Shown here: positions 11,495 to 24,908 of the stretch, piece after piece | Layout of the letters: every line of letters begins with the position of its first letter | Position numbering within the stretch: position 1 is the stretch's first letter | NCBI RefSeq assembly: GCF_016903815.1 | Contig: NZ_CP069973.1 | DNA length: 64,000 nucleotides | Direction: 5' to 3' (one strand) | Source: Escherichia coli | Lineage (GTDB): Bacteria > Pseudomonadota > Gammaproteobacteria > Enterobacterales > Enterobacteriaceae | Made by a program: the position numbers and the translations under genes | The notes under the pieces: generated by a model | Told to the model about the DNA's origin: nothing | The model's input: the letters and a program-made list of their open reading frames with translations, nothing else | Database searches by the model: none

Positions 11495-11693
11495 CATTAT
11501 GTTGATGAATGAATAATTTACTAATGTTTATTTAAAATATTTCAATGTCGTTATATAAATTACATATAAAAAATAACCATGTATTTATCTTAAATATCAA
11601 AACCTTTATAACATCCGAAAAAGAAAGATACGAATAGCATTTACACAATACCCGGAATAAACTTTCGTCACTTTTAATTAAAGGGATGTTTTT

Positions 11694-12050
11694 ATGCAGT
11701 GGTATTTATCCGTATTAAAAAATTATGTTGGTTTCTCTGGTCGCGCACGTCGTAAAGAGTACTGGATGTTTACTCTGATTAACGCCATCGTCGGCGCTAT
11801 TATCAATGTCATTCAATTGATTTTAGGTTTAGAGTTTCCGTTCCTTTCTCTCATTTACCTGGCAGCAACAATCATTCCGGTCATTGCTCTGTGCGTTCGT
11901 CGTCTGCATGATACTGACCGTTCAGGTGCGTGGGCGCTTCTCTATCTGGTACCGATCATTGGCTGGTTAGTTCTGTTTGTATTTGCCTGTTTAGAGGGCA
12001 ATTCTGGCAGCAATCGTTACGGAAACGATCCGAAGTTTGGTTCAAATTAA
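11694..12050 (+). CDS. yhaI: DUF805 inner membrane protein (paralog of yhaH)
   Basis: 118-aa ORF MQWYLSVLKNYVGFSGRARRKEYWMF...RRLHDTDRSGAWALL; shares N-terminal and RRLHDTDRS motifs with yhaH. Confidence 0.9.
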   Translation: MQWYLSVLKNYVGFSGRARRKEYWMFTLINAIVGAIINVIQLILGLEFPFLSLIYLAATIIPVIALCVRRLHDTDRSGAWALLYLVPIIGWLVLFVFACLEGNSGSNRYGNDPKFGSN

Positions 12051-12056
12051 TCTTAA

Positions 12057-12086
12057 AATTGGGGCGATATTTCGCCCCTTTTTATT
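12057..12086 (+). terminator. intrinsic terminator after yhaI
   Basis: ggggcgatatttcgcccc hairpin followed by tttttatt. Confidence 0.75.
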
Positions 12087-12100
12087 AACAATAACAAATA

Positions 12101-12997
12101 TTATTTTCCGCTAAAAAGTTTGGGAATTTCCCGCAGACACCAGGATTTCGCTTCCCCCATACTGTCACGACGCCAGGCCATAATAATATCGATCTCGCTA
12201 GTCGATTCTGGGCTGACGACACGCAACCGCCCTTCCGCGATATCTTTTTCGACCATCGGATACGGCATCGTCGCCACGCCAAGCCCCGCCAGTAATGCCT
12301 GACGTTTATCTTCAATCGTGCTCACCGTTAAACGCGGCTGTTTGTCCAGTAGCTGTACGGTCAATACCGGGCGCTCACGAGCGGTATCCGCCACCGCAAT
12401 TCCACGATATTTCACGCGCGTCACTTCAGATAACGGTTCCGGCTCCTGATGAATCGGGTGATCAGGCGCGGCAACGTAGACGTTCATTAACGTATAGAGC
12501 TTGCGCGAGTTGATCTCCGACGAGGAACGAAAATGCATATCCGGCGCGATAACGATATCCGCCCGCCCCTGCTCCAGTCGTTCCCACGCCCCCGCCAGCA
12601 CTTCGGTGATGATTGCCAGTTGGGTATTGGCTTTTGCCGCCAGTTTGTCAATTAACGGGAAAAAGGCAGGTGTCGGTACCAGCGCTTCGGTCACAATGGT
12701 GAGATGCGTTTCCCAACCGCGCGCGAGAGCTTCCGCATCGGTAGTCAGTTTATCTGCGGCTTCCAGCAAAACGCGCCCTCGCTCCAGCAACATCCTCCCG
12801 ACATTGGTGAATTTGGTGCGATGGCCCGAGCGGTCAAACAGCACCACATCAAGCTCTTCTTCCAGTTTTTGCATGGTGTAGCTAAGTGCGGAAGGCACGC
12901 GTCCCAGCTCATCCGCCGCCGCCGCAAAACTGCCCCGGCGATCGATCGCATCCATAACCCGTAGTGCTTCCAGCGTTAATGCCCTTTCTTTGGCCAT
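12101..12997 (-). CDS. yhaJ: LysR-family transcriptional regulator
   Basis: 298-aa ORF MAKERALTLEALRVMDAIDRRGSFAAAADELGRVPSALSYTMQKLEEEL... HTH plus LysR substrate domain. Confidence 0.92.
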   Translation of the reverse strand: MAKERALTLEALRVMDAIDRRGSFAAAADELGRVPSALSYTMQKLEEELDVVLFDRSGHRTKFTNVGRMLLERGRVLLEAADKLTTDAEALARGWETHLTIVTEALVPTPAFFPLIDKLAAKANTQLAIITEVLAGAWERLEQGRADIVIAPDMHFRSSSEINSRKLYTLMNVYVAAPDHPIHQEPEPLSEVTRVKYRGIAVADTARERPVLTVQLLDKQPRLTVSTIEDKRQALLAGLGVATMPYPMVEKDIAEGRLRVVSPESTSEIDIIMAWRRDSMGEAKSWCLREIPKLFSGK

Positions 12998-13101
12998 TTC
13001 GTTCTCATTCAGGAAATTTGAACATACCGGGCAGAATATCTGGCTAACAATGTAGCGTCCAGCCCCTTACCATAAAAGGAAGTAAAGAGAGGTCAAGAAT
13101 T

Positions 13102-13803
13102 ATGATTACTACCCGAACTGCCAGGCAGTGTGGACAAGCAGACTACGGATGGTTGCAGGCCCGGTATACTTTTTCCTTTGGACACTACTTCGACCCGAAA
13201 TTGTTAGGCTATGCCTCCCTGCGCGTGCTTAACCAGGAAGTGCTGGCCCCAGGTGCCGCCTTTCAGCCGCGAACCTATCCCAAAGTCGATATTTTAAATG
13301 TGATTCTGGATGGAGAAGCTGAGTATCGCGACAGCGAAGGCAATCATGTTCAGACCAGCACTGGTGAGGTGTTGCTGCTCTCTACCCAGCCGGGTGTCAG
13401 CTATAGCGAACACAATCTCAGCAAAGACAAACCGTTAACGCGAATGCAGCTTTGGCTGGATGCCTGCCCACAACGAGAGAATCCGCTGATTCAAAAACTG
13501 GCGCTTAATATGAGCAAGCAGCAATTAATCGCCTCGCCAGAAGGTGGGATGGGAAGCCTGCAATTGCGCCAGCAAGTGTGGCTGCACCATATCGTGCTCG
13601 ACAAAGGCGAAAGTGCGAATTTCCAGTTGCATGGGCCACGCGCGTATTTGCAATCGATTCACGGGAAATTTCATGCGCTTACGCATTATGAAGAGAAAGC
13701 GGCGCTGACCTGCGGTGATGGGGCGTTTATTCGTGACGAGGCTAACATTACGCTGGTTGCCGATTCCCCACTGCGCGCTTTGCTGATAGATTTGCCTGTC
13801 TAG
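13102..13803 (+). CDS. yhaK: pirin-like bicupin protein
   Basis: 233-aa ORF MITTRTARQCGQADYGWLQARYTFSFGHYFDPK... recognised as YhaK. Confidence 0.9.
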   Translation: MITTRTARQCGQADYGWLQARYTFSFGHYFDPKLLGYASLRVLNQEVLAPGAAFQPRTYPKVDILNVILDGEAEYRDSEGNHVQTSTGEVLLLSTQPGVSYSEHNLSKDKPLTRMQLWLDACPQRENPLIQKLALNMSKQQLIASPEGGMGSLQLRQQVWLHHIVLDKGESANFQLHGPRAYLQSIHGKFHALTHYEEKAALTCGDGAFIRDEANITLVADSPLRALLIDLPV

Positions 13804-13825
13804 TTGTTTTTACAGGGAGATGATG

Positions 13826-13990
13826 ATGAGTAAAAAATCGGCCAAAAAGCGTCAGCCAGTGAAGCCCGTGGTGGCGAAAGAACCTGCTCGCACCGCCAAT
13901 AATTTTGGCTATGAAGAGATGTTGAGCGAGCTGGAAGCCATCGTCGCGGATGCTGAAACGCGTTTAGCCGAGGATGAAGCTACCGCGTAA
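13826..13990 (+). CDS. yhaL: small protein YhaL (about 54 aa)
   Basis: Short ORF below track threshold: MSKKSAKKRQPVKPVVAKEPARTANNFGYEEMLSELEAIVADAETRLAEDEATA; triple ATG at 13820-13828 makes exact start uncertain. Confidence 0.6.
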   Translation: MSKKSAKKRQPVKPVVAKEPARTANNFGYEEMLSELEAIVADAETRLAEDEATA

Positions 13991-14112
<122 letters not shown>

Positions 14113-14122
14113 AACCTGGCGT

Positions 14123-15433
14123 TTATCTGGCCTTGCTCGCCATAATCTCGATAATCTGCCGATCCGTTTGCTGCATCGAATGGCTTGCTAACGCACACAG
14201 GTTGGCAATCGACTGCTCAACATCATGCGCCACAATCCCTTCATTGCCGGTCACTGCGGTATCATCCAGCGCCATTAACACCGCTTTCCACGCAGCCGAA
14301 GCACTGGTCGAAACCTTCATCGCGCAGCTGTTCGACGCTCCATCGCAAATCATGCCGCTGACATCGCCGATCATACTGCTGATCGCCATCGAAATGGTTT
14401 CATAACGCCCATCCACCAGCCATGCCATCCCGGCGGCGGCCCCCATTGCTGCGGTCGTTGCGGCACAAAGCGCAGACAAACGCGGTAACTGGTTATGGAT
14501 GTAAATCGCGCTCAAATGCGAAAGCATCAGCGCACGCGCCAGCCGTTCATCATCGGCCCCGAAGTGTTCTGCTACCACCACCACAGGCATTGTTGCAGTG
14601 ATCCCCTGGTTACCCGAGCCTGAATTACTCATCGCCGGAAGCGTAGCACCGCCCATACGCGCATCGGATGCCGCGCTGGTACGAATCACAATGGATGAAG
14701 AGAGATCTTTCGCCAGCAAACCGCGCGCGCACTGTTTTTCCAGCGTCGCACCAATATGCAGCCCCCAGTTACCGCTCAAACCTTCCTGCGATAACGCACA
14801 ATTTAACTTCGCAGAATCGAGAATAAAGCGGATCGCCGCAAACGGGACTTCATTGACGAACTTCAGGATCTCAGCCAGCGTCGTCCTGGAAAGCACCGTC
14901 AGCGGCGACTCTTGCTCGCCCTCTGTCACACACGCCTGCTGGGTAAACACCACACCATTGTGCGTCTCAATATGCACAATGTTGGTATGCCCGCCGACAA
15001 TGGTGACACACGCCCACTTCTCACCGTTCCAGACTTTGGCGCGTGAGAAGAGGATTTCATCGCAAGGTTCCTGGATCTTAACTGAGACTTTCCCCGCCGC
15101 CAGCAGTGCTTTGGCATCGGCAATTGCCTGCGCAGTTGCATCTTTCAGCACTTCCAGCCCGGCGTTAGCATTTCCACCTAACGCTCCCAGCGCCGCCGCA
15201 ATCGGCAGCCCCACCATTCCCGTGCCGGGAACGGTGACGCCCAGACCGTTCTTCATCAGATTTGGCGAAACCCAGGCTTCTACACGTTCAACCGGACCTT
15301 CCAGTTCTGCCGCAGCAACCGCCGCCGCCAGCGCCAGTGAAATCGGTTCAGTACACCCCAGCGCCGGTTTTACCTCCTCCTGAACGGCGAGGATGTAACG
15401 CTGCCATAACGGATTTAAAGTCGAATCAAACAT
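14123..15433 (-). CDS. cyuA: L-cysteine desulfidase
   Basis: 436-aa [45 protein letters not shown]... recognised as YhaM/CyuA. Confidence 0.9.
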   Translation of the reverse strand: MFDSTLNPLWQRYILAVQEEVKPALGCTEPISLALAAAVAAAELEGPVERVEAWVSPNLMKNGLGVTVPGTGMVGLPIAAALGALGGNANAGLEVLKDATAQAIADAKALLAAGKVSVKIQEPCDEILFSRAKVWNGEKWACVTIVGGHTNIVHIETHNGVVFTQQACVTEGEQESPLTVLSRTTLAEILKFVNEVPFAAIRFILDSAKLNCALSQEGLSGNWGLHIGATLEKQCARGLLAKDLSSSIVIRTSAASDARMGGATLPAMSNSGSGNQGITATMPVVVVAEHFGADDERLARALMLSHLSAIYIHNQLPRLSALCAATTAAMGAAAGMAWLVDGRYETISMAISSMIGDVSGMICDGASNSCAMKVSTSASAAWKAVLMALDDTAVTGNEGIVAHDVEQSIANLCALASHSMQQTDRQIIEIMASKAR

Positions 15434-15460
15434 ATTAAAAACCTTAAAATTTCAGGTAAA

Positions 15461-16792
15461 TCAAGAAAATGCCAGGAACGGAGAAACACAAAGCAACAAA
15501 CCAGTGACGATAATCAGGTACAGAGACATCCCTTTGTATTTGTGCAATGCCGGTACTTTGTAAACCAGCCACGCCGGGATCAGGCACCCTACCATGCCGA
15601 AAATCGGGCTACAGATAGAGGTGAAGCTCAACACCGGGGCGTTCAGTACGATGGCGCTCCAGGCCAGCAAAATGGCGAAAATCATGATGCCGCGCTGAAC
15701 GAGATTTTCGTTAATCTTCTCGGCAGGTATCTTGCGACGCAGGATGTTCATTACGATCCCTTGCGTTGCTTCGCGAAAGCCTAAATAGACGCCAAAGAAT
15801 GCAGTCATGACAGCAAAGATATTGAGAATGACGCTGACCACTTTCACCCACGCTGCGCCGTCACCGCTAATAAACTGTGCGGCAATCGCCAACGCGGAAA
15901 TATTCTGCTCGTAGGCTTTTACCGCTTCGTCATGTCCCATCGCCAGCGTGAACGACACGGCGTAGAAAAAGACGGTGACAAACAAAATGCCAAACGCGAT
16001 ATTCATTGCCCGCAATGCTTTATGCCGCGCCACTTCAATTGATTTTTCCCGCGAGCGATAAGAGATCACCATCGGGCTTAACGTCTGGATAAACAGAATC
16101 GACGTCAGGGTAAACGGCAGCGTAATAATGGCGTTTTTCACCAGCAGCCCCAGCGGCGGTAGCGAACCGACGTTATACAGATGCCACATTCCCACCATCG
16201 ACACGCCCAGCGCCGCGACCACCAGCAGCTTGGTCAGCACCATGCCGGTCGAAATTTTAAATAACAATTTCTCGCCGCGTGAGGAGATCGCCACCAGAAT
16301 GCAAATCAGTACCAGACCATAAAAGGGACTGTCTGACAGCAACCCTTCCGTCACGCCGAAGGTATGCAGGTAGGAAGCACTATCGTTGGTGATGGCGGTG
16401 GAATAGACGAACATCCAAATCACCAGCATTACGAAATAGAGCGCACCTAACAGGATGCCCCAGTTTTTACCTAAATAACCGCTAATGACACTCGGGTAAT
16501 CTTTACATTCTGGTGATTCTGCCAGCGTATTAATAAACAATCGCTGAAACAGATACATTGCCGGGTAACCAATCACCGATGAGAGCAAAAATACCCACAA
16601 TCCCATCAAACCGACCTGCACCGGGAGAAAAACAATCCCCGCGCCAATCGCCATCCCGATACTCATAATCACCCAGCCGGTGTCAGTACTGTCGAATTTG
16701 ATCGCTTCTCGCCACTCGCTCTCACTCATTCCAGCACGACCCGCCGGGGTCGAAGCGTCTGCAATGACGCCTTTATTCGATGCAATTTCCAT
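15461..16792 (-). CDS. cyuP: cysteine/serine transporter (HAAAP family)
   Basis: 443-aa polytopic ORF MEIASNKGVIADASTPAGRAGMSESEWREAIKFDSTDTGWVIMSIGMAIGAG... recognised as YhaO/CyuP; 27-bp spacing to cyuA. Confidence 0.9.
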   Translation of the reverse strand: MEIASNKGVIADASTPAGRAGMSESEWREAIKFDSTDTGWVIMSIGMAIGAGIVFLPVQVGLMGLWVFLLSSVIGYPAMYLFQRLFINTLAESPECKDYPSVISGYLGKNWGILLGALYFVMLVIWMFVYSTAITNDSASYLHTFGVTEGLLSDSPFYGLVLICILVAISSRGEKLLFKISTGMVLTKLLVVAALGVSMVGMWHLYNVGSLPPLGLLVKNAIITLPFTLTSILFIQTLSPMVISYRSREKSIEVARHKALRAMNIAFGILFVTVFFYAVSFTLAMGHDEAVKAYEQNISALAIAAQFISGDGAAWVKVVSVILNIFAVMTAFFGVYLGFREATQGIVMNILRRKIPAEKINENLVQRGIMIFAILLAWSAIVLNAPVLSFTSICSPIFGMVGCLIPAWLVYKVPALHKYKGMSLYLIIVTGLLLCVSPFLAFS

Positions 16793-17014
16793 AATTTCTC
16801 GCTCAATATTTTGTAGGGCTTATTATTTTTTTCCGAGCCGCATCAAGGCGATATGCGGTCTACGTTTTTGCAGGCGAGTTATTAGAATAAAGAAATGATA
16901 CGCGCGAGGTCAGAGAAAATCTTCACAATCAAGACTTTGAAATAACGGAGATGGATAAGAATTTTCTACTAAATTAATCACAAGAGAATATTCATTCTCT
17001 ATTTGCGGCAGATC

Positions 17015-17041
17015 ACAAAAAAAAGGTGCACATTTGTGCAC
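17015..17041 (-). terminator. intrinsic terminator downstream of tdcG
   Basis: ggtgcacaaatgtgcacc hairpin on minus strand followed by nine T. Confidence 0.8.
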
Positions 17042-17066
17042 CCAAGGATGAAAGCTGACAGTAATG

Positions 17067-18431
17067 TCAGCCGCAGACCACTTTAATGGCCAGTCCTCCG
17101 CGTGATGTTTCGCGGTATTTATCGTTCATATCTTTGCCGGTTTCATACATCGTCTCGATCACTTTATCGAGTGAAACACGTGGTGCCGAGGTGCGGCGCA
17201 TCGCCATCCGTGCGGCATTTACTGCTTTCACGGCATTAATGGCATTACGTTCAATGCACGGGATTTGTACCTGTCCGGCAACCGGATCGCAGGTCAGCCC
17301 AAGGTTATGCTCCATCGCGATTTCCGCCGCATTGCATACCTGCGCCGGACTGCCGCCCAGTAGTTCAGTTAACCCTGCCGCCGCCATTGAACAGGCCACG
17401 CCAATCTCCCCCTGACAGCCGACTTCCGCGCCAGAGATGGAGGCGTTCATTTTATACAGCGCGCCAATAGCTCCCGCGGCCAGAAAATAGCGGGCAATTG
17501 ACCGCTCGTTTACCGGACGACGGAACTTATCGTAATAAGCCAGCACTGCCGGAATAATGCCGCACGCACCGTTAGTCGGTGCCGTTACCACACGCCCGCC
17601 AGCTGCGTTTTCTTCACTAACCGCCAGCGCGTACATATTGATCCAGTCGATGACATTCATCGGATCGTTAGAGATGTTATCGCTGGAAACCAGCTGACGA
17701 CGCAGCGCTACGGCACGACGCGGCACATTGAGCGGACCAGGCAGCACGCCTTCAGTGTTCATCCCGCGTTCAATACCGTCATGCATCACTTGCCAGATAC
17801 GGGCAAACCCTGCGTCAATTTCCGCTTTGCTGCGCAGCGCCAGCTCGTTGTGCATCATCAGACCAGATATAGACAGGCCGTTGTAATCACACATTTTCAG
17901 CAGTTCACCTGCTGAGTGGAAATCGTAAGGTACGGACGTTTCGACATCGTGCGACAGGCCGAAGTGTTCTTCTTCGACAATAAACCCGCCGCCGACAGAG
18001 TAATAGGTTTTACTTAATAGCGCTTCCTGTCCCTTCCAGGCAGTGATCCGCATTCCGTTCTCATGGCGAGGCAACATTTCGGGATGGAAGATAATGTTCT
18101 TTGCTACAGGAAAATCAACAATATGCGCACCAGATGCCACTGGCAGCCGCCCGCTGCGCGTTACTAACTCTATAAATGCAGGGATCTCATCAATGACAAC
18201 ATCCTGCGGACTGTTTCCTGCCAGTCCCATGATGATGGCGACATCCGTGGCATGGCCTTTGCCCGTCAGTGACAACGACCCGTACAGATCGACCACAATA
18301 TGGCTCGTCGCGGTTAATAAGCCGCTACTTTCCAGCCGATCAATAAAACTTTTTCCGGCATTCATTGGCCCCACGGTATGCGAACTGGAGGGACCAATCC
18401 CAATTTTGAAAATATCGAATGCACTAATCAT
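17067..18431 (-). CDS. tdcG: L-serine dehydratase (Fe-S dependent)
   Basis: ORF 17067..18437; [23 protein letters not shown]... (454 aa) recognised as TdcG. Confidence 0.92.
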   Translation of the reverse strand: MISAFDIFKIGIGPSSSHTVGPMNAGKSFIDRLESSGLLTATSHIVVDLYGSLSLTGKGHATDVAIIMGLAGNSPQDVVIDEIPAFIELVTRSGRLPVASGAHIVDFPVAKNIIFHPEMLPRHENGMRITAWKGQEALLSKTYYSVGGGFIVEEEHFGLSHDVETSVPYDFHSAGELLKMCDYNGLSISGLMMHNELALRSKAEIDAGFARIWQVMHDGIERGMNTEGVLPGPLNVPRRAVALRRQLVSSDNISNDPMNVIDWINMYALAVSEENAAGGRVVTAPTNGACGIIPAVLAYYDKFRRPVNERSIARYFLAAGAIGALYKMNASISGAEVGCQGEIGVACSMAAAGLTELLGGSPAQVCNAAEIAMEHNLGLTCDPVAGQVQIPCIERNAINAVKAVNAARMAMRRTSAPRVSLDKVIETMYETGKDMNDKYRETSRGGLAIKVVCG

Positions 18432-18502
18432 ATCCACACCCTCGGATTGCCGTTCAGTGAAGTGGAGCGGAACGACCTTGCGACCGTCCCGCTCACGAGG
18501 CT

Positions 18503-18892
18503 TTACGCACTACGTACTGCGATGGCTTCAATTTCCAGCTTCACATCTTTCGGCAAACGCGCGACCTGTACACAGCTCCGGGTCGGGTAGGTCGCCTGAT
18601 GCTCATCGAAGAACTGCTTATAGACTTCGTTGATGGTGGCAAAATCATTCAGATCGGTGATGAACACGGTCATCTTGATGATATCGCCCACGCTCAGCCC
18701 GGCAGCAACCACGATCGCTTTGACGTTTTCGAGGCTTAAACGCGCCTGATCTTGCACATCAGCCGGGATCTCACCGGTCTGTGGGCAAACCGGAATTTGC
18801 CCGGAGGTGAAGACCATGCTGCCTAAATCAACGCCCTGAACATAAGGGCCGATTGCGCCTGGGGCACGTTGCGTTTCGATAATCTTTTTCAT
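18503..18892 (-). CDS. tdcF: RidA-family enamine/imine deaminase
   Basis: ORF 18503..18955; MKKIIETQRAPGAIGPYVQGVDLGSMVFTSGQIP... (129 aa) recognised as TdcF. Confidence 0.92.
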   Translation of the reverse strand: MKKIIETQRAPGAIGPYVQGVDLGSMVFTSGQIPVCPQTGEIPADVQDQARLSLENVKAIVVAAGLSVGDIIKMTVFITDLNDFATINEVYKQFFDEHQATYPTRSCVQVARLPKDVKLEIEAIAVRSA

Positions 18893-18905
18893 ACATCCTC
18901 CGGCG

Positions 18906-21200
18906 TCAGAGCGCCTGGGTAAAAGTACGTGAAATAACATCCTGTTGCTGTTCACGGGTCAGTGCGTTGAAGCGCACGGCGTAGCCAGAGACACGGATTG
19001 TCAGGTTAGGATATTTTTCCGGGTGCTCGATGGCATCCAGCAGCATTTCCCTATTCATTACGTTGACGTTGAGGTGTTGACCGCCTTCGACATCCGCTTC
19101 GTGGTGGAAATACCCATCCAGCAGGCCGACAAGGTTGGTTTTACGTACTGGATCTTCTTTGCCCAGCGCCGCAGGCACGATCGAGAAGGTGTACGAGATC
19201 CCGTCTTTGGCGTAGGTGAACGGCAGTTTCGCCACCGACGTCAGCGAGGCTACCGCACCTTTGCGGTCACGACCGTGCATCGGGTTAGCGCCCGGCGCGA
19301 ACGGTGTTCCGGCGCGACGACCGTCCGGCGTATTACCGGTTTTCTGGCCGTACACCACGTTAGAAGTGATAGTCAGAATCGACTGGGTAGGGACGGCGTT
19401 GCGATAGGTTGGCAGCGCTTTAATTTTCTTCATAAAGCGTTCAACCAGATCGCAGGCAATGCTGTCTACGCGCTCGTCGTTGTTACCGTACTGCGGATAT
19501 TCGCCGTCGATTTCAAAGTCCACCGCCAGGCCGTTTTCGTCACGGATTGGTTTCACGCGGGCATATTTGATGGCAGACAGGGAGTCCGTCGCCACCGACA
19601 GGCCCGCGATGCCGCATGCCATAGTGCGATAGACATCACGATCGTGCAGCGCCATCAGCGAAGCTTCGTAGCTGTACTTGTCGTGCATGTAGTGAATGAT
19701 ATTCAGCGCACTGATGTACTGCACCGCCAGCCAGTCCATGAAGTGATCGAGACTGTCCATCACTTTGTCGTAATCCAGCACGTCGTCCATCAGCGGTGCC
19801 GTTTTCGGACCGACCTGAATCTTCAGCTTCTCATCCACCCCGCCGTTAATTGCGTACAGCAGCGTTTTCGCCAGGTTAGCGCGTGCACCAAAGAACTGCA
19901 TTTGCTTACCAATCACCATTGGGCTGACGCAGCAGGCAATCGCGTAATCGTCGCTGTTGAAGTCAGTACGCATCAGATCGTCGTTTTCATACTGCAAGGA
20001 AGAGGTGACGATCGACACCTGCGCGGCATATTTTTTGAAGGCAATCGGTAATTCTTCCGACCAAAGAATGGTCAGGTTAGGTTCCGGTGCCGGCCCCATA
20101 GTGTGCAGGGTGTGCAAATAGCGGAAGGAGTTTTTGGTCACCAGCGTACGACCGTCCAGCCCCATCCCGCCGATCACTTCCGTCGCCCAGATTGGGTCGC
20201 CGGAGAACAGCGAATCAAATTCCGGTGTACGCAGGAAGCGTACCATACGGATCTTCATGATGAAGTGATCGATCAGTTCCTGTGCCTGCTGCTCATTGAG
20301 TACGCCAGCTTTAAAGTCGCGCTCAATGTAGATATCGAGGAACGATGCCGTGCGCCCCAGCGACATCGCGCCGCCATTTTGCGATTTCACTGCCGCCAGA
20401 TAAGCGAAGTAGAGCCACTGCACCGCTTCCTGCGCATTCTGCGCCGGGCGAGAGATATCAAAGCCATATTTCGCCGCCATTTCCTGAATCTGCAACAGCG
20501 CATGACGATGCTCTGCCAGCTCCTCACGCAGACGGATAGTGGCTTCCAGATCCTCGCCTTTTTCCAGACGGGACTGGAGATCGGCAAATTGCAGTTCGCG
20601 TTCACGTACCAGATAACGAATGCCATACAGCGCCACGCGGCGGTAGTCACCAATAATGCGCCCACGGCCATAACCATCTGGCAAACCGGTCAGTACGCCA
20701 GATTTACGGCAGCGCAGCATATCCGGTGAGTAAACATCAAATACGCCCTGATTATGGGTTTTACGCAGATCGGTAAACAGATATTCAAATTCACTGTCCA
20801 TTTCACGGCCATAGGCGTGGAATGAACTTTTAATCATATTAATGCCACCGAACGGATGCAGCGCACGCTTTAATGGCGCATCCGTTTGCAGGCCCACTAT
20901 TTTTTCCAGCGGCTGGTTAATATATCCCGCATCATGAGCGGTAATGGTGGTAGCAATATTAGTATCGAAATCAACCGGCGCGTGGGTTGCGTTTTCGATA
21001 CGAATGCCTTCCATCACCTTTTCCCACAATTCCGTGGTGGCTGGCGTCGCTTCGGCGAGAAAAGATTCATCACCTTCATACGGTGTATAGTTATGTTGAA
21101 TAAAATCGCGGACATTAATTTCGTTTTTCCAGTCCGTACCTTTAAAGCCAAGCCATGCGTCGGCGTACAGCTTATCGCTGGTATCAATATCTACCTTCAT
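18906..21200 (-). CDS. tdcE: 2-ketobutyrate/pyruvate formate-lyase (glycyl radical enzyme)
   Basis: 764-aa [31 protein letters not shown]... with C-terminal RVSGYAVRF glycyl-radical motif. Confidence 0.93.
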   Translation of the reverse strand: MKVDIDTSDKLYADAWLGFKGTDWKNEINVRDFIQHNYTPYEGDESFLAEATPATTELWEKVMEGIRIENATHAPVDFDTNIATTITAHDAGYINQPLEKIVGLQTDAPLKRALHPFGGINMIKSSFHAYGREMDSEFEYLFTDLRKTHNQGVFDVYSPDMLRCRKSGVLTGLPDGYGRGRIIGDYRRVALYGIRYLVRERELQFADLQSRLEKGEDLEATIRLREELAEHRHALLQIQEMAAKYGFDISRPAQNAQEAVQWLYFAYLAAVKSQNGGAMSLGRTASFLDIYIERDFKAGVLNEQQAQELIDHFIMKIRMVRFLRTPEFDSLFSGDPIWATEVIGGMGLDGRTLVTKNSFRYLHTLHTMGPAPEPNLTILWSEELPIAFKKYAAQVSIVTSSLQYENDDLMRTDFNSDDYAIACCVSPMVIGKQMQFFGARANLAKTLLYAINGGVDEKLKIQVGPKTAPLMDDVLDYDKVMDSLDHFMDWLAVQYISALNIIHYMHDKYSYEASLMALHDRDVYRTMACGIAGLSVATDSLSAIKYARVKPIRDENGLAVDFEIDGEYPQYGNNDERVDSIACDLVERFMKKIKALPTYRNAVPTQSILTITSNVVYGQKTGNTPDGRRAGTPFAPGANPMHGRDRKGAVASLTSVAKLPFTYAKDGISYTFSIVPAALGKEDPVRKTNLVGLLDGYFHHEADVEGGQHLNVNVMNREMLLDAIEHPEKYPNLTIRVSGYAVRFNALTREQQQDVISRTFTQAL

Positions 21201-21233
21201 GAAAAATAATCTCTCTACAATACTTCAACTAAA

Positions 21234-22442
21234 TTATGCAAATTCTGCGGGCGCGTTCACTTTGCCTAAATGAATGGCATCCAAAGCAATCATTTTTTCT
21301 TCGTTGGTTGGGATAACGGCGCAAATGACACGCGCATTTTCACTGGAAACAATTCGCTCTCCACAGGAGTTAGAGCGATTATTCATTTCTGTATCAATCT
21401 CTACGCCTAATACAGCCAAATGTTCCATGACCAGACGACGAATTAAACTTGAATTTTCTCCTATTCCGCCGGTGAATATAATTCCATCCAGGCGACGTAA
21501 TGAGGCTGCGTGTCCGGCAATATGACGGGCAATTCGGTGAACAAAGGTTTTAATTGCCAGTTGCGCGCGTTCGTGACCTTCATGCCAGGCTTTTTCCAGA
21601 ACACGTAAATCCGAAGAAAGACCGGAAATACCTAATAATCCCGACTCTTTATTCACTACGCGTTCCAGGTCACCCAGGCTCTGGTTGGTTTGGCTGGCGA
21701 CCCAGGACATCGCCCCGAAGTCGACATCACCACTGCGGGTACCCATCATCAAGCCTTCCAGCGGCGTCATTCCCATTGAGGTATCAACACTCTGACCGTT
21801 GCGAACTGCGCAGATTGACGCGCCATTGCCAAGATGCGCCACAACCAGGCCGGAGTCATCTTCCGCCAGATTCAGCAAAGAATGCGCGCGCTGGGAAACA
21901 TAGCGGTGCGACGTGCCGTGGAAACCATAACGGCGTACACCTAACTCTTCATAATATTTCCACGGCAGGCCGTATAAATAAGCTTCCGGAGCCATCGTCT
22001 GGTGGAAACTGGTATCAAATACCGCTACCTGAGTTACGCCAGGAAATAATTGCTGCGCCGATTCAATACCACTTAAATTGGCGTAATTATGCAGGGGTGC
22101 CAGTGGAGAAACGCGACGGATATTATCAATGACTTCATCGGTAATAATGGCGGACTCGGTAAAAATACTGCCGCCGTGAGCGATGCGGTGGCCAATTAAG
22201 GCCACACTGTCATTTAAATTCCGTTTTTCCAGTTCAAATGCAATTGCCTTCAATGCACCTTCGTAGCTGTGGTGAGCCAGCGGTGCTGGCTCTCCCCCAT
22301 TTACGGATAAGAATGCATTTTCCGAGTTAATACCGTCGGCAATACCTGACATTAATACTTCACAGTCGCTAGCATCGAGCACGGAGAACTTAATCGAAGA
22401 CGAACCACAGTTAATAACCAAAACAACCGGAAATTCATTCAT
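21234..22442 (-). CDS. tdcD: propionate/acetate kinase
   Basis: ORF 21234..22454; [24 protein letters not shown]... (402 aa) acetokinase family. Confidence 0.92.
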   Translation of the reverse strand: MNEFPVVLVINCGSSSIKFSVLDASDCEVLMSGIADGINSENAFLSVNGGEPAPLAHHSYEGALKAIAFELEKRNLNDSVALIGHRIAHGGSIFTESAIITDEVIDNIRRVSPLAPLHNYANLSGIESAQQLFPGVTQVAVFDTSFHQTMAPEAYLYGLPWKYYEELGVRRYGFHGTSHRYVSQRAHSLLNLAEDDSGLVVAHLGNGASICAVRNGQSVDTSMGMTPLEGLMMGTRSGDVDFGAMSWVASQTNQSLGDLERVVNKESGLLGISGLSSDLRVLEKAWHEGHERAQLAIKTFVHRIARHIAGHAASLRRLDGIIFTGGIGENSSLIRRLVMEHLAVLGVEIDTEMNNRSNSCGERIVSSENARVICAVIPTNEEKMIALDAIHLGKVNAPAEFA

Positions 22443-22467
22443 CTCTTTTCTCATCCTGAGTTACGGA

Positions 22468-23802
<1,335 letters not shown>

Positions 23803-23820
23803 CTATCCTCAACGAATTAA

Positions 23821-24810
23821 TTAAGCGTCAACGAAACCGGTGATTTGAGAGACGCGAGAAAGATCGATATTGCCGCCGGAAATAATACTGACGGTTTTTC
23901 TGTTTTGAATATATTGGTCTAATTTACCGCTTAATAATGCAGCACATGCCAGAGCGCCTGCGCCTTCGGTGACGACTTTATTGCGCTGAATTAAGGCAAT
24001 CATACTGTTTCTGATTTCATCTTCGCTGACCAGCACGATGTCATCGACTAATTCACGAACGATTTCGTAAGTTAAATTACCCGGGCGGGAGACATCACAA
24101 CCATCCGCCAGGGTGCCGGTAGTTCGGTGCGTGGTTATTTCTCCGGAGTGGAAAGAAGCCGCCATGCCGTGAACGTTTTCTGACTGTACGCCAATAACAC
24201 GAATGGTCGGGTTAATAGATTTTATTGCCACCGCAATACCAGCAATTAAACCGCCACCACCAATTGGCACAATCACATTATCGACATCATAGAGATCTTC
24301 CATAATTTCCAGACCAATCGTTCCCTGGCCAGCAATCACTTTCGGATCATCATAAGGTGGGATAAAAATACGGCCTTCCATTTCGACAATTTCGCTCACT
24401 TTAGCGATAGTGTCGTTGAAGTTATCACCATGCAGAACGACTTCTGCAGAGTAGTCGCACGTTGCCGCTACTTTGGATTTCGGCGCGCCTTTTGGCATCA
24501 CCACTTTACCGTCGATACCCAGCATCGCGCAGGAGAGCGAAACCCCTTGCGCATGGTTGCCCGCAGAGCAGGCCACTACACCTTTACGTTTTTCCGCATC
24601 GGTCAGTGAACTTAATTTATTAAATGCGCCACGAATTTTAAATGAACCGGTACGCTGCATGTTTTCGAATTTGAGGAATATTTCACCTTTGCAACGTTCA
24701 CTAAAATAGTTGGAGCGAGGCATGCCTGTTTTATAAATTCGCCCAGCCAGTCGTTGTTTTGCTTCAATGATGTCATCAATAGCAACCGGGAGATCGTATG
24801 TAATATGCAT
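23821..24810 (-). CDS. tdcB: catabolic threonine dehydratase (PLP)
   Basis: 329-aa [65 protein letters not shown]... Confidence 0.93.
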
Positions 24811-24908
24811 TATAAAACCTCTTAGTCTGAATTAAATATGTAGGTAACCGTAACCGACACCTGCAAAACAGACAGGTGGATTATTTATGTTTAAATAAAA
24901 ACAAATAA

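Noticed and set aside
14598-15383. 261-aa plus-strand ORF
   Set aside because: Antisense to cyuA; low-complexity Ala/Ser/Pro-rich translation typical of a reverse-frame artefact.
18043-18633. 196-aa plus-strand ORF spanning the tdcG/tdcF junction
   Set aside because: Antisense to tdcG and tdcF.
18945-20729. 368-aa and 208-aa plus-strand ORFs within tdcE
   Set aside because: Antisense to the 764-aa formate-lyase gene; Arg/His-rich shadow frames.
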